A stretch of 52,031 bases of DNA, filler included, from Sphacelaria rigidula (GCA_964200075.2; 4 parts of 4 records of this genome joined end to end with filler, not necessarily neighbours in it); one strand, 5' to 3'. Numbered from the whole stretch's first letter, positions 1 to 13,352 are shown. Notes: generated by a model from the sequence alone, not told the origin. A program made the numbers and translations.

Positions 1-384
1 AGGTGGAATTAAAAAAAAAAAACACTTTTTTGAGTCTTCACTTATTTAATCCGGATCGAGTCGGAAACACCGAAAAGCTAAAGCCTGGGGTCGTATTTTT
101 GCAGGACCCCCGAAGATCGGTCAAGCCCGGAAGTCACTCATGATTGATCGCAGATGATTTTTCTTTAGAATATTCATCAAGAGGATTCACATATCTCCGG
201 ATGCCCATTTTTTGGCATCCAACAGTCACCGTGATGAGCGGTGGCAAGCACAACCAATTTGGACAATCTTTGAGAAAGAAATTACGGATTCTGCATACTT
301 CCGACGCTGATTACTGTATCAATACCAATCTGACCTACTTTTTTGGTTCATTATACCCTTGCGAGATCCCACACAAAATTCCAA

Positions 385-547
385 TACACGAACTATGTCG
401 TTCTGTTCGGCTGTTCGACTTTTTTCTGTTTCTTCTTCTCTTGAGGGAGAGTGTTCCAGTTTTGCTTTCCTTGGATACGTCCATCATGCGACCATCGCTG
501 GACCCATGAGTGGTCAGTTGAAGTGCGACAATCAATCAATCAATCAA
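385..547 (+). mobile_element. 3' end of an (AATC)n-tailed retroposon family
   Basis: Ends AAGTGCGACAATCAATCAATC. Reverse-complement copies at about 12467-12625, 18893-19050 and 23095-23170. Confidence 0.7.
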
Positions 548-604
548 ACCAAACACCAAACGTGGGCCGGTAAGTGGCCTGCAAAATTCTGCTCCGAATT
601 TTTA

Positions 605-1470
605 CCGACCCGGTACTAAACGGCTCATTCGTCGAACAATATTTACAATTGGACTCTAGAATTTGGTGTGGACAATGAATAGGGCATAAGGCCGCTCTTT
701 ATAACAGACAGGAATAAAAATCTGGAGAAATTGCCTTTTTTTAGCTTCCACGTCGTTTCACGCCCCAAAAGCAAGCTAGGCGGAGTTTGACACCTTGGAA
801 TGACTTGCTCTACTAGTCGAGGCGGTTCCAGGACATCTTCCCGTTTTCCGGTGGCGGCCGTTTTCATATTGGCCAAACAAATTTTTTTGTCGAAGAACGG
901 TAGAAAACAATCAAATCTAGAAAAAATCCCACAGAATAAATGGAATAAAAATCTGGAAAAAGTGCCTTTTTTTAGCTTCTACGCCGTTTCACGTCGCAAA
1001 AGAGAGCTAGGCGGAGTTCAACACCTTGGAATGACTCTACTAGCCGAGGCGGTTCCAGGACACCTTCCCGTTTCCCGATGCGGCAGTTTTCATTTTGGTC
1101 AAACAAGATTTTTTGTCAAAGAACGGTAAAAAACAATCAAATCTAGAAAAAAACTCAGGTAACTCTCTTTTGGGGTGTGAAACGACAGAGAAGCTGAAAA
1201 AAGGCATTTTCCCATATTTTTATTCTTGCCTGTTATAAGGAGCGGCCTCATGAAAAAAAACTCTCTGCACACGAAGTTGTTGTTTTTTTAATGAGTAAAG
1301 GGCAATAGTGAGTTTCAGGTATCAGTAAAATGCCCTTAACTCATTAAAAAACGAGAAAACCCCTTGTGTACAGAGGTATTGTTGTTCACTATGCTCTATT
1401 CATCGTCCATACCAAATTTCAGGCTCCAACTCTAAATATTGGCCGACAAATGAGCCTGCGAACTATAAAT
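605..1470. mobile_element. Foldback/MITE-like element with long inverted arms and an internal tandem duplication
   Basis: About 686-770 is inverted at about 1167-1250, and about 615-687 is inverted at about 1391-1457. About 711-926 is directly repeated at about 942-1152. The core GACACCTTGGAATGACTTGCTCT is shared with 24513-24920. Confidence 0.7.
1250..1390. mobile_element. Roughly 140-bp hairpin mini-MITE nested in the right arm of the foldback
   Basis: TTTTTTAATGAGTAAAGGGCA pairs with TGCCCTTAACTCATTAAAAAA, and CTCTGCACAC pairs with GTGTACAGAG. It interrupts the host arm. Confidence 0.65.
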
Positions 1471-1729
1471 TCGCTTCTAGGCTGACCCAGCTCGTACTCT
1501 GTACCAAGATATTGGTAAAGGTTGCCGCGAGTCGGAAAATCGCACCGTCTATTGTGGTCAATAAAAACAGTGATGCGTCCGAGTTTCAGAGTCGCCTGAA
1601 AAGCGCCCCACACATCTTAGTAACGGTGTCGAGCATCAGTACCTGAATAACAGTATATGCGCGTTAGATCACTGCCGCAGCTCATGCGGCTGCTCGCGGA
1701 GGACTTGGTGCAGTAATGCTATCATTATT

Positions 1730-2172
1730 ATTTTTTTCGCAGTTTTAATCCCTCCCCTTCCTCGGGACGAGTTCGTGGTCTCAAAAGGATCAACCAATAT
1801 TTCCCTGGTATACGCCTTGCGTTCGGATTGGGTTAGCACTCCCGCACAGCGCTAAGTCTCGTCCGACAAACTCAGCCGACTACTTTTTGTTTCCTCACGT
1901 ACTCGCGCTTTCGACGGTGAAAATCAGATACTTTGAAGAAAAACACCATACCCTGGACAACATATTATATTGTCAAAAAAACGTACGCCGTAGAGTATGG
2001 GATCTGTTGTCTATTGCAACAGACGCAATAGCCGATACTGTACGCAGTACACTTTTTGGCAATGTAATCTTGTCAAAGGTGTGGAAAAAACCAACGAATC
2101 GGGGATCGAACCCACGTCCTCTCCACCCTCATGGTGACAATCGCACCACTGCACCAACGGAGCGCGGCGGCA
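1730..2172 (-). mobile_element. tRNA-derived SINE
   Basis: On the minus strand: A box TGGTGCAGTGG and B box GGTTCGATCCC at about 2160-2100. The 3' body (plus-strand CCCTCCCCTTCCTCGGGACGAGT) recurs at about 13590-13690 and 26380-26460, and inverted at about 26260-26360. Confidence 0.65.
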
Positions 2173-2856
2173 AGCAGAGAAGGTAAAATACCCAAAGTCA
2201 GCGTCCAGAAAATCGGAGAATTGACCTGGTGTTCTCACAGCTAGCCGAAAGACATTGCCAAAGGGAGTGAGATCCGGAAAATCAATCCACGGGAGAAAAT
2301 CGCCCGTAGCCGGGCTGAAATCCTCGTATTTGTACAAAACGAGATGGTTCCCGTTACAGTCGGTCTTAACTGTTCGTTTGAGCTCACAAGACAGTCGGGT
2401 GTAAGGGGGTGCCAGAACTGACATGTGCCACCCCTTGCGGGAACTAACTTCACTTGTGCAAATCTGAGTACCTGTGCGTCTAGCAGTTCAACTCCTTGGG
2501 ATTCAGAGTACCCCTCTTAACCTCCCACCCAATCCCACCCACATGTGGGCTTATATAAAAGGTTGTGTATTTTTCTACATGCGGGCAACCCCTTGTGAAC
2601 AGAGCTCTCACAGTCGGTAATACTGGAAAACATCCTCACACATCTGCTCGTGAATGTTCGGGGGTTCGTATTGCTGCAACTTGTCCGCCTGATGCGTTTT
2701 ACCAGCAGCTACAGCTGTTATACGTCGTCAAAACATGGTACAACAAACAAGAAACTTGAGTTGCGCGGAGGACCTGCCTATCCAAGAATACCCTTTACCC
2801 ATCCGACACCGTGTTGATGCGTGTCGAAGCCCCCAGCCCAGGCACTAATGCACAAA

Positions 2857-5800
2857 CTATCTCTCAAAATTGATGCTGTACGAGCCGGTATTGGGGTCTT
2901 GATTCATCTTGAAGTTGTCCGTACTGAGCCCGAAATGTCCCAGCAACGAGTTTCCGAGCTCTTTCAGCTTGCCTGCAGAATATACAAGATCAGGGTAAGG
3001 CAAACCACGGACAAGAGGACAAGGCCGAAGACAAGACACGCGAGTATCAATAGTCGGATGGCTCACAAGCTACGAAAAATATCGAGTGGAAGATAATTCC
3101 CAAATCTCTTGTCCAACAACACAAAACGCAACAGCGGGGTGCGAGAAGCCAAAGCGCTACCTTTGCGCTACTTGTACTCCGTACGCTCGCCGTGCAGCGC
3201 CGTACCGAGCAAATGTGAAAAAGGGGGCCAAATGAGCTAGCTCGTATTCCGGATCAGTACACCAATAGGAAGTCATATTGAGGAAGTTCACGAGCTGTCC
3301 GACGTATGGAATATCGTATTTGGGAGCACTGAACCACAAACATCCCAGAACTCACACGCAACGCGTTCCTTCGTGCTACCTGTAGAATGGAGCTACATAG
3401 CGCTTGAGCGCGTACTATTTGTCCCCAAAATATTACCATTACTGTCATTGTAGGCAGAGTGCTCACCAATTGCCTCATCTTTCATTTTGTCCATTTTCTC
3501 CTTGTGTAGCTTTTCCAATCGCGGCGCGCCCTCCCTCGCCACTTTTAAATTCGGATCAATCTCTAGCAACATTTTCATGTCTGCCGCGATGTTGTGACGA
3601 GTTGAACAGAGAAAAAACGCAAGAACGACGGGTTTCAGTCCCTCTAGTACAAGAGAGAACATCGGTTCAAGTGTATCTGCAGCACAACTTGACGCCTTCC
3701 AGCTCTGTTTGATTAATTTCCCCCTCCACCGAGGGCTTTGCACATTGCGGCTAGAAGTACACGAAAACAGCAATGAACGCCGCAATGCAACAACGCGCAC
3801 TACGGGCCTTGCTAGCCTTGCTAAAACATCAACATGATACCTCCGGCATACATCATACATCGTACATCTCAAGGGGCTTCACAGAACACGATGCAAAGTC
3901 GAAGATGCACATGAGTCAGCTAGTACTCAGAAATGTGAAATTACCTTCCAAGGCGACGTCGTACTTCTCTAAATTCTCGTTGGCCTGTGCCCGTCTTAAT
4001 AACGCCTTGACGTATCGGGGGTTCAGCTCCAGCGCCGCCGTGCAGTCATCCACCACTGCTTCGTACTAGTGTCACGAGGGTACAAGGTTGTAACATGGGT
4101 AAAATGATACATGGACAGAATTCAGCAGAAGAAGGACACATTAGTGTTCGGGTGGTGCCGATCTCCTCCCTAGGGGAAGTCCTACCGTAGCCATGCGCTC
4201 GGTCAGCGAAATATGCTCAGAACATCCCATCACCTTACATAAAATCCACGACATGCAGAACCCCCCAAGGCAAACCGGGATGTGATAGGGAACACCAATC
4301 GGGACGATCAAGAGCAACAACGAGTAGTTCAGCTTGGAGTAGAAAGCCACATGTGGGATAGATTATCTCCCTGCAGCTCGAGCTAGCTCTTTTTCAGCGT
4401 CGCTCCCTACTGAGCTATCAGAGCTACTTGAGCTACGCATGTGTGCCCTACGTGAGCTACCACCTCGTAGCTCACCACCGACCCTAGGTGAGCTATGAGA
4501 GTTACATGAGCTACGAATGCTTGCCTTGGGACGACCTATCGACCGCAGCTAATCAGATAATGTTTGCCCCGGGTGAGCTATATGAGCGACGGATGTTTGC
4601 TCTAGGTGAGCTACCAACCCGCAGCTCACCAGCACATTTTCACCCTGGATGAGCTCTGAGAGCTACGCGTGTTTGCCCTGTATGAGCAACCGGACGTACG
4701 GATCAGTCACCAAGTAGCAACGTTTGACATTGCAGACAGGCGACCTCCCTGCCGCCGCCAAGGTACCAGCATTCGCTCGGTTGTGTTGGATGAAAATGAA
4801 ATACTCGGTGCGCACAAGGCATTGCCTGGGGTACAGCTTCTCACCATTGCCTGCCAGTCTCGTGTTTGTGTTCAGCTAGTAGACGGTGAGAACAATTCGT
4901 TGTCTACTCGTGCCGCGCAGCAGCAATGCTGTGCTGCCGTTCCGTTAGAATTCATGCCGTCTTCTACCATCGTTCTGGGTGGCATGGTGCAAATCATTGC
5001 CGTGCGGCTTGCCTGTTATTTGTTTGGAAGTAGTGTTGTCATATAAGTACCACTGTACCGTACCGCAATGTACCACCATTGTATCGTGGTGTTCCATGTT
5101 GCGCTGCACTGTACTGTACGTTCAGAAACGGTAGTTCAGGCATTTCTGGAGAAATGCCCTAGAGGCTAGGGCCTAGGGCGTCTTATCAACAAAAAAAAGG
5201 GATAAACAGATGCGACGGAGGAGAAAAAATATGATCTCATACGTCCATGTCATTCATGTACTCTATCGCTTTTATCTCTTGTCAACAAGTCTTCGCGAGA
5301 GACCGAAAGGAAAAAACTGGAAAAGCTTTACACGTCTAACAGATCAGCTCCCTCCAGCGCGAGCTAGCTCTCTTTTAGCGTAGTTCCCTACTGAGCTATG
5401 AGAGCTGCATGAGCTACGCATTATTTGCCCTGGGTGAGCTATGAGGGCTACGTGAGCTACGCGTGTTTTGCCTTGGGTGAGCTGCCAACCCGTAGCTCAA
5501 AAGCGCATATCTTCTCTTGGTGAGCTACCCACTCGTAGCTCATCAGCGCATGTGTGCCGTGGGCGAGCCATGAAAGCTATATTTGCCGTGAGTGAGTTAT
5601 CAACCCGTAGATCATCAGCGCATGTTTACCCCGGGTGAGCTGTCGGGCGTAGCTCATATGTACATCTTCGACTACAAGTAAGCCAGAGCCCGCGAGCTAT
5701 TCGACCTGTGCAATATTTTGGTTTCACCTCCTTGAGCTGGAGATGACAAGCTGCGCGGTTTCCAAGGTACACTGCCCTGTCCTGCTTGTGCTCCTCATCT

Positions 5801-6962
5801 TCTGGACAGTATTCAAGCGCCATGGAGTAGTAATCCGCGGCTTCGTCGAAGTCACCACTCTTGTAGTGCCTGCCACAAGCCAACAGAGTGAAATGTTTTA
5901 GTACGCCAGAGTCGAGGTGCCGGCGGAGCATGCCACCAGCTCTAGCGAGCAGAGCTAGAGCTCGTTCCACACATTCACACGACCTCCCCCTCGCCTGACA
6001 CCACCTGCGTGGACTTCATGAAAGGCCGGACAAAATGCCTTTCGTAACAGACGGCCCTTTCACCGAGAGGGGTCATCTCTATGCTACGCCCATAAATCGA
6101 TACTTACTTTACTGTTGCGAGTCTGCGTCAATGCAGGAAAGGGCTCAGTCACAAAGTCGCCGCTCCGCACTAAACTCAAGCTAGTGTTGTAGTAAGCGGA
6201 TGCTTGGCGCAGTTGCTATTTACTCAGACTAACATTCAACACAGCGGAGCCGATACTATCTAACGTCAAAGACCGTGAATCCACCCACCCGTTTCCAGCT
6301 TGCTTCATCTCCAGAGCCTTGTCCGCGTCCTTGACTAGGTCGGCAACCGTATCATAGGCATCGTGGAATTCGCCTTCTCCGTCCGTGTCATCTGCTTCTA
6401 CCACCGAATCCATTCCACGCCCAGTGGCCCCTTGACGCGGCAGTGGTAATCGCACATTGGACAACCCCGCTGCGATATAGCTACTCGTCTCCGTCTTCCC
6501 AGAGGCAAGCTCTGGCGGCTCGATAGGTGGAACGCCTTCCTCAGCTACTCCCACGGATGAATCCGGCAGCCGAGTATTTGGCACTGCTACCCTGTCTACC
6601 CCGGTTTCCTGAGAAACCGTCGATCCCTCAGCCGTTTCGTTCGCGACAACAGCATGTGGTTCCGGTTGCAAACGCTCAACCGCGTCTTTGAAGTCATCAC
6701 CCACAACCGCCCCACTCGTAGACTCGCTTGCCGCACTGTCCAGCGGCTCCTGTTCTCCCAAGTTATTTTCGCCCTCCGGCGCCTTTGGGCTCTCCCGTTC
6801 TAAAATCTGCTCGACCCCCTTGCTTGAAAACTCTGCAAGCGGGGCTGCTTTTTCCGAACAGAGCTTCAAGTCTACTACCTTTGCAACCTTAACGGGCGAA
6901 GGTGGCGGAGATGGGTCTCCCAGGTCGAAGACGCCGTCCTCCCCCGCCTCCAGGGCTTCCTC
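2857..6962 (-). CDS. TTC1: Tetratricopeptide repeat protein 1 (TTC1-like); spliced, first exon not resolved
   Basis: Phase-consistent GT-AG exons on the minus strand: 6962-6289, 5869-5728, 4065-3945, 3580-3467, 2972-2857 (stop). Acidic N-terminus, then three TPRs ([97 protein letters not shown]) and the TTC1-type C-terminus [36 protein letters not shown]. Confidence 0.92.
4360..4690. repeat. GAGCTA-rich degenerate array in a TTC1 intron (copy 1)
   Basis: Many GAGCTA/TAGCTC units. The start aligns with 5340-5430. Confidence 0.75.
5340..5705. repeat. GAGCTA-rich degenerate array in a TTC1 intron (copy 2)
   Basis: Direct, diverged copy of 4360-4690. Confidence 0.75.
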
Positions 6963-9476
6963 CTATCGTGGCATGTTCCGGTGATAGAGGGGATTCGAAT
7001 AGTATTCGATCAGTATTCGGCTTGACTTTACTTTTCCGCTTGACTGTGCGCCAACATCGCACAGCTGAGGAAGTGCACAACCTCGACATGAAGACATCCG
7101 AAAACACTCATGCCACAGGACCTCGCGGAATCCGATTTATGCCTTCCAATATCTAATAGCGTGTATGGACCGATTGCTTAGGCAGGTGGGACGGCGAAAA
7201 AATGGTCCAGGTCATTCGTGCTCGTGGTTTGTGTCTTTATTGTTCAGATATTGTTGTTTTTCTGCCAGAACAATCGAGAAAGAAAAATATTAGCAAAAAA
7301 CGAGCGACAGATGCAGCATGAAAAAGCTAGCACACAAATAATGAAAGAGTCGGGATATTATCTATGGCTGTCATTAGAGACCGTTAAAAGCGTGTGCTCG
7401 ACAGTTATGGGGGTGAATGGGGACCGATTATGGGTACTATACTTCGGGAAAGTGCGAATTGACCGCTACCGATCCATATCAAATATTCTATAAAAATAGT
7501 ACACTTGTTACACATTTTCAGTACAGTCAGTAACGAACACCGTCTCTATTTCGATGTTGCCTTCTGCTTCTGTTTCGACTTTCCGCTTTTCTTCGCATTT
7601 TCTTTATTGAACCTCCATATACATCCGTTGCTGATCCTCAACCCAACAGTGCCGATCTTCCAACGCGATTTTCTCGGCAAACAAGAAAAGGATTGGATTG
7701 CGGTTTGTTTCGTAGGCTTCCTACACACCCAAACTGGGTAATCCTGTGTGCGTTTTCCTTCACGTGACTCAAAGCCGCACCAAATCAAATCTTCCTCTCT
7801 TTTTTTTTTCTTTCACTTTTTGGGGAGTTTTGAGTCCGCTATGGCGAATTGAGCGAATCCCCAACAGAAATCCCTGAATTTTGTGTGTGTGCTGGGGGGT
7901 GTGAAGTGTTACAGGCCAGCTTACTTCCGGTGTAGGGAAAAACGCGATGAAAGGTGCTACAGCTGTCGCATATTGAACCAAGCTAACTAGGGATGAAGTG
8001 TATGTTCTGTTCGTGTTCTGTCTGGCAGAGGTTCAGCCAGCTGATGACGTGCTCATTTCCTCCGCGATTTTGATTTTTTTCGGAGTGTTTTTTTTTGTCA
8101 TTATGCCCCCCATACCCCCCCATAACAGTTGGACGTGTGTAATATCACATACGGACACCTATGCTAACCACCTGAAACCTACACGCGTAACCCTGGTCCC
8201 AAGGAGTAAAAATTGGGTTTTGAACAAGTGTAAATACAGTGTTGAGCGAGTAGGAGCAACCTGCGGTAAAGTTTGTTGCGAGTTGTTTCAACCTAGAATT
8301 GCTGTACTTGTCCAACGCAGATACTGTTGCCTCAGCTCGTTTTGACACAAAAACGAGCACCATCATTAGCTCGTTGAATGGGATCTACGACCCGGGCTAC
8401 CAGGCGCCGTGTCGAGCGCTCTTGTGATGGACATATCAACAACTTTTGAGCGGCGGGTAATGTTTTGCCGCTGGCTTATATCTTTCATTGCATATTCTTG
8501 TGATTAAGGGTGCTATTGTGCGTGTGCAACAAAGATATCACAACATTTTTTGTCGTTCCTTTTGTTGAGATGTACGCCCGAACCATTAGGGTTGACCTCC
8601 GGACAAGTGATATTTCAGCACGACTTTGACCCGCAATCACGAAAAAACTTGAGTACTTCGTTGTTTTGAGGTACAAACAAGTTGTGCGATTTCAGGATTT
8701 TTTTCGATAACAATATGTAGTAAGTATTGTAGCGACTTTCGAGGTATTGTCTCGGTGTCGCATAAAAGGCGCACCGTCTCTGCATAGTGCAGAACATTCA
8801 TAAACCAGCATACACCCTCGAAAAGACGGGGATGTCACGCAAAATGGCCGACACCGGTCATCAAGGACGTCGCTAATTAGCTCTGCTGCTACTTCACTGG
8901 CTGCACTACATTATACCCTGCACATAATATATGTGTGTCAATGTGCATGTTTCATGTTTTGCCATCACATTGGGCCATTCCAAGACTCAATAAACACAAC
9001 ATGACGTTGAAAACAGTTGTATATACCACAAAGCGAATCACACCACCACCACTATGCAATTTGTTGGTCTCAAGTTCGGAGGCATCATAGCAACTGCTGC
9101 GTTCAAAGCTACTGGTTAGTCGCAAGACGCGCTTTTTCGCTTCATCGTTGTTGTTGCGATATTTCGGCGGTGTGGCGGCCGCCGAGAGTAGGGCTAGCAG
9201 TGGCGAATCCCAATTAGTCAATACGGCCTCGACACGTACTTGTTCTACTGTAGCTGTTGTCTTTGGAATCGTCGCAAGGGACGTCAAAACCCAGAACCTC
9301 TGCTGTTAATGGGATGTTCTGCGAGTACAGATGATGACTGTACACGTATGTGTCGGGGTATCATTGCAGGCGGTGTGCTCATGGTGGCGTACTGCTTTCA
9401 TCTGGGCGCCAGCAGGCTTCATACACGTACCGGCGGGGAGACGACGAGATCAGTGGTTGTGCGTTTTTGTTCTCAG

Positions 9477-10010
9477 ATGATGACTTTCTATGCCCGCTTT
9501 TCCCTCGTGACCGCTGACGGTTTTCCTGAGCCACTCAAGAAAGACTTGAAAGACACTAAGCTGGGCAAACCCAGTTTGGGGATGGTTGATCCGGTTGGCG
9601 TCACACCTTTCGGAACAAAGTCGTTGGCTGACTTTCAATACCGGTAACTCCGACTCTACAGCCCGATCCTCTCTGCCATATGCCCACCACTTAATGACAA
9701 CATACGACGTACTGTAGTCTATTATTCTCAGCCCCTGACCAATGTATGGAATTTAACCTATATGGTCGTCCTTCTCGTTCTCTCAGCGGTGCACCTACTG
9801 CAGGGTCCACCTTTGGCATCTGGTGCCCAAGCGATAAATGCTACGTGAGCCAACCAGGCCGCAAACACGATAGATCGTTGATCATGATGATAATAGGGTC
9901 AATTTCAGATGTATGCACGATCATCTTCACCGTGGGTGACTGCATTCCTTGTACAGGACATTGCCACTCCAATCCCAAGATGTGCAAAGCTGTTCAGTGC
10001 GGCCATGTGA
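9477..10010 (+). CDS. Possible small spliced gene or gene fragment of unknown function
   Basis: Three phase-compatible candidate exons with pyrimidine-rich acceptors and GTAACT/GTGAGC donors: 9477-9643, 9787-9844, 9957-10010. No recognisable domain. Confidence 0.25.
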
Positions 10011-12466
10011 ACATCGGATGTCTTCAGCTGCCTGCCTAAACTTTTTGCGATTTTTGGAGGAATTTGCCTAAAACCGTTCCGTCGGGGTGAATAGATTATC
10101 TACAAAACCTGAGATTGTCCCCTGGAAATATCTCAAGTTCGAAAAGGCGATTCCTCGCCGGACACTTGCGGGAATTTTCAATTCTCCCCTTTTATGTGGT
10201 GGTGCAATACCCACATCACCCCCCGCTTCAAGAGCCTCTTTGTACGTTTTTTAATCGGAGGAGGCTCGTAGGAGTAACTTTTTCTGCCGGCTAGCGATGA
10301 GGATGTGCAGTTTTCTTCACACGTGTTCAAATGTGTTGGGTTGCCAAGCCAACAATCTCCACCGAAGACTTTCCCGTGAGTCTGTGAACTCTACTTCGAA
10401 GCACCCACCAGTTGTCTTATATCCCATCATATTTACGGCTTTCTTGTACCCGCTCAACTTTCTAGTTTTCAGTCGCTTTCGGTGGGAGTCGGTATTCCAA
10501 CCCGGTACCTTCTGTCCATGAAGCGTACGAGTTATCTCATGGCGGCGCCAATGTGAAGAGGTGATTCCTCGACGGACAATTGTGCGAATTTCCTCCAGGT
10601 ACCCACATAAGGAACTGTTGTCTCCGTTTACAAGTCTCCCATGGATCACGGGTTGGAGACTACAGAGTACATGGCATCTTGTGATTGGGGGTAATGCGGG
10701 CAAACAGAGCGGCATTGTTCAGTTATTGCGTTGGGATTACTGACGTAAAAGGTGAGCATAATATAATGTTCCGAAAGGCGACCACGCGCTGAGGTTCTAC
10801 TACAGTCGTATGGAGCGCACGGGTTTGACAGGTTTGGCATTGCGCTTTAATTCCACACGTCTTGTCGCTAAATAGACAGGCCAATTGCAGTCCGCTCAAA
10901 ATGACTCCGGTCGTTCCCTGGGGAAAACTTTGGTGTCGCGGTTGACAGACTGGACTCACCTGCGTACAATATCGTAATATGAGCTGCCGTGCGAGGTTCA
11001 TAGACAAAATATAGTGATCAAAGTTGAAACCAAACATATTTGATTGAAAGCGATGTTCTCAGGTTTTTCGGCTACCACGACTCATTGCGGTTTCTGTTTG
11101 ATTCCGAACGTTGGGAATCGGCAGATATGAGAACCCGACTCCGAGTTTCGAGATAAGAATATAACCTACGACCAAATGAGGACGAGATACGGACTCACCA
11201 GTCGTTGGGGGTTCTACGGTTGTACAGCCCCCGATTCTCGCTCTTCGATACTTTCGCTCGATCGAGCCGATCTGAATTGTTTCATACACAATTCAACGGC
11301 TTCGTGTTTTCTATTTTCTCGATATCCATTGCGCTATAGCGGAAAAATCAAGTCCTTGGGCCATGTGCGGTCAATACCACCCTCTCGATAAACGGGGTTT
11401 TACTTCATATGGTACCGACAACCCAAATTGGGAAATGTGCTCTAAAAGTACGACCTGCTTCATTTTCCAAGGCCTACCGACTTTCAAACTCTCGAGTGCA
11501 GGTGAAATATCCTCTGTGAAAAAGTCCCCATTGAGTGAACGTCATGATCGCAGTTTGACCACTGACTGTACTACTGTGCCGTGCACTGCTGCAAGCACGA
11601 GCCGAATATATAGATTTGGCAGGTCGAATAGTGAATAGTGTACAAAATGTAGTTTTGAGCACCCCGGGATAGCACTCGGTTGTTTACTTTACCCAAGCTT
11701 TAGTAAGATTTGTACGATCTCAATTCACTACCCACATTTGGGCGATTTAGGTATATCTCAATGTTGTACTCTACGCAAACATTGAGCAACTAATCTCAGC
11801 AATACCGGGGTGTAGAGTATCACGTGGATATCATCTACACTTTACACAAACATCGAGAAATTGGGTACGATCCCAATACGAATTCACCCCAGCTTGTGTA
11901 GTACTAAAAGTTCGAGTTTTCAAAATACCCGGGTATGAGTACACCCTACCCGACCTGTCTTCGTACATCTGTCATCGTTGCAGCTTCGTGCAGATATGGA
12001 CGGACTGTAGCTAGATTGCGATGGAGTAGAGCAATCAGGTGGATGAAATATCGGAAACTCGCGTTCGTTGCTCAGCACTCTCCCTCAGCCGAACAAAACA
12101 CGGCCGAATGGAAAGTCGTACGCTTTCCAGATGCTGCGAACCAAATAGAGCGGGTCAACCGTGAGCCTGTAAAATTGTTTGTTCTAGGGCACCCCCCTTC
12201 CCCACTACCACTCACCAGTGGCGTGATATATATCCCTAGTTCTTACCTCATTGCTTCTCAAGTCCATGGAGTTGAGTGAAACCCAGGCCTGTGCAACTAA
12301 GAGTTGCAGCGCCTTCTCCTCCTTGCTCCTAGCAATGTAGTGCTTCGCGAAAGCAAAAACCGATCGAGCGGCAGACACATTAGCCTGAAGACTCGAACCC
12401 GCGGTCACACATGTGGGCTGTCCTTTCCAGTGCCGTCACTGCTACGATATCCCTTCCATGGCATGA

Positions 12467-12625
12467 TTTGATTGATTGATTGTCACACTTGAACTAACCC
12501 CCCCCAGGGATCCAGCCGTGGTCTCATGATAGACGTCCCCAAGAGAAACGAAACTGAAACACGCTCTGAGAAAAATAAGGGACAGGAAAAAAAGGGGGGT
12601 CGAACAGAACGACTAAGTCGCAACA
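12467..12625 (-). mobile_element. (AATC)n-tailed retroposon fragment
   Basis: TTGATTGATTGATTGTCACACTT...GTGGTCTCATGATAGACGT matches 18893-19050. Confidence 0.75.
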
Positions 12626-12662
12626 ACAAAAAGGTCGAGGGAAATGTACTGTGACGGTTTAA

Positions 12663-12727
12663 GAGATAACCGACTAGACTACTGACCAAGTCAGCGCTGA
12701 CTTGTCAGTAGTCTAGTTGGTAGTCTC
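12663..12727. mobile_element. 65-bp hairpin element flanked by TTAA
   Basis: ACTAGACTACTGAC-C-AAGTCAGC|GCTGACTT-GTCAGTAGTCTAGT. TTAA at 12659-12662 and 12728-12731. Confidence 0.7.
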
Positions 12728-12731
12728 TTAA

Positions 12732-12862
12732 CCCTCAGACCGCGAGGGTAGTCTTATCAGGATCATGCATACTTCATTTCACTCGAAGCAGATGAATCGG
12801 CATCAGTTTCAAGTGAAAAAAAGTATGCATGATCCAGAAAGACTAATCTCGCGGTCTAAGGC
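12732..12862. mobile_element. piggyBac-like MITE
   Basis: TTAA|CCCTCAGACCGCGAG...CTCGCGGTCTAAGGC|TTAA. Hairpin throughout. Internal GAATCGGCATCA is shared with 40731-40859. Confidence 0.75.
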
Positions 12863-12934
12863 TTAAACCCGTCACGAAAGTTAGGCGCTGGTTCGATTCC
12901 CGTCGGACGCACTTTCTTTGAAGAAAAAAGAGGA

Positions 12935-13034
12935 NNNNNNNNNNNNNNNNNNNNNNNNNNNNNNNNNNNNNNNNNNNNTTAATTAATTAANNNNNNNNNN
13001 NNNNNNNNNNNNNNNNNNNNNNNNNNNNNNNNNN
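12935..13034. other. Artificial contig linker
   Basis: 100 nt: N44-TTAATTAATTAA-N44, with stops in all six frames. Confidence 0.98.
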
Positions 13035-13352
13035 CAGTCTAGGCACTCTCCAATAATACAAAAGACAAAACTATCTATCCTTCGCCACGGGCCACGGAAT
13101 AGGGTGTACTCATGATAATGCATGCCATAGGAGGGGTAGTTTGTATCCAAGTGGTTTGGCTGCTAGGCGTCGTCATACTTTTTGACTATGAAGTTGGTTG
13201 ACATGTTGAAGACATGTTCGAGTGATGCCGCGATAGGCTCCCTCTCCCGCAAGAAAAATGGCTGGTTTGGGGGAGAAAATGTACATGTAAACCAAAATGA
13301 CGAAAATAGGCATAAAAAAAGACAAGCACCACACAACAACACACGCCCTAGG

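Noticed and set aside
2095..2172. tRNA gene
   Set aside because: A and B boxes are present but there is no convincing cloverleaf, and it is attached to a repeat body. The same holds for 19700-19780 and 27311-27390, so these were called SINE heads.
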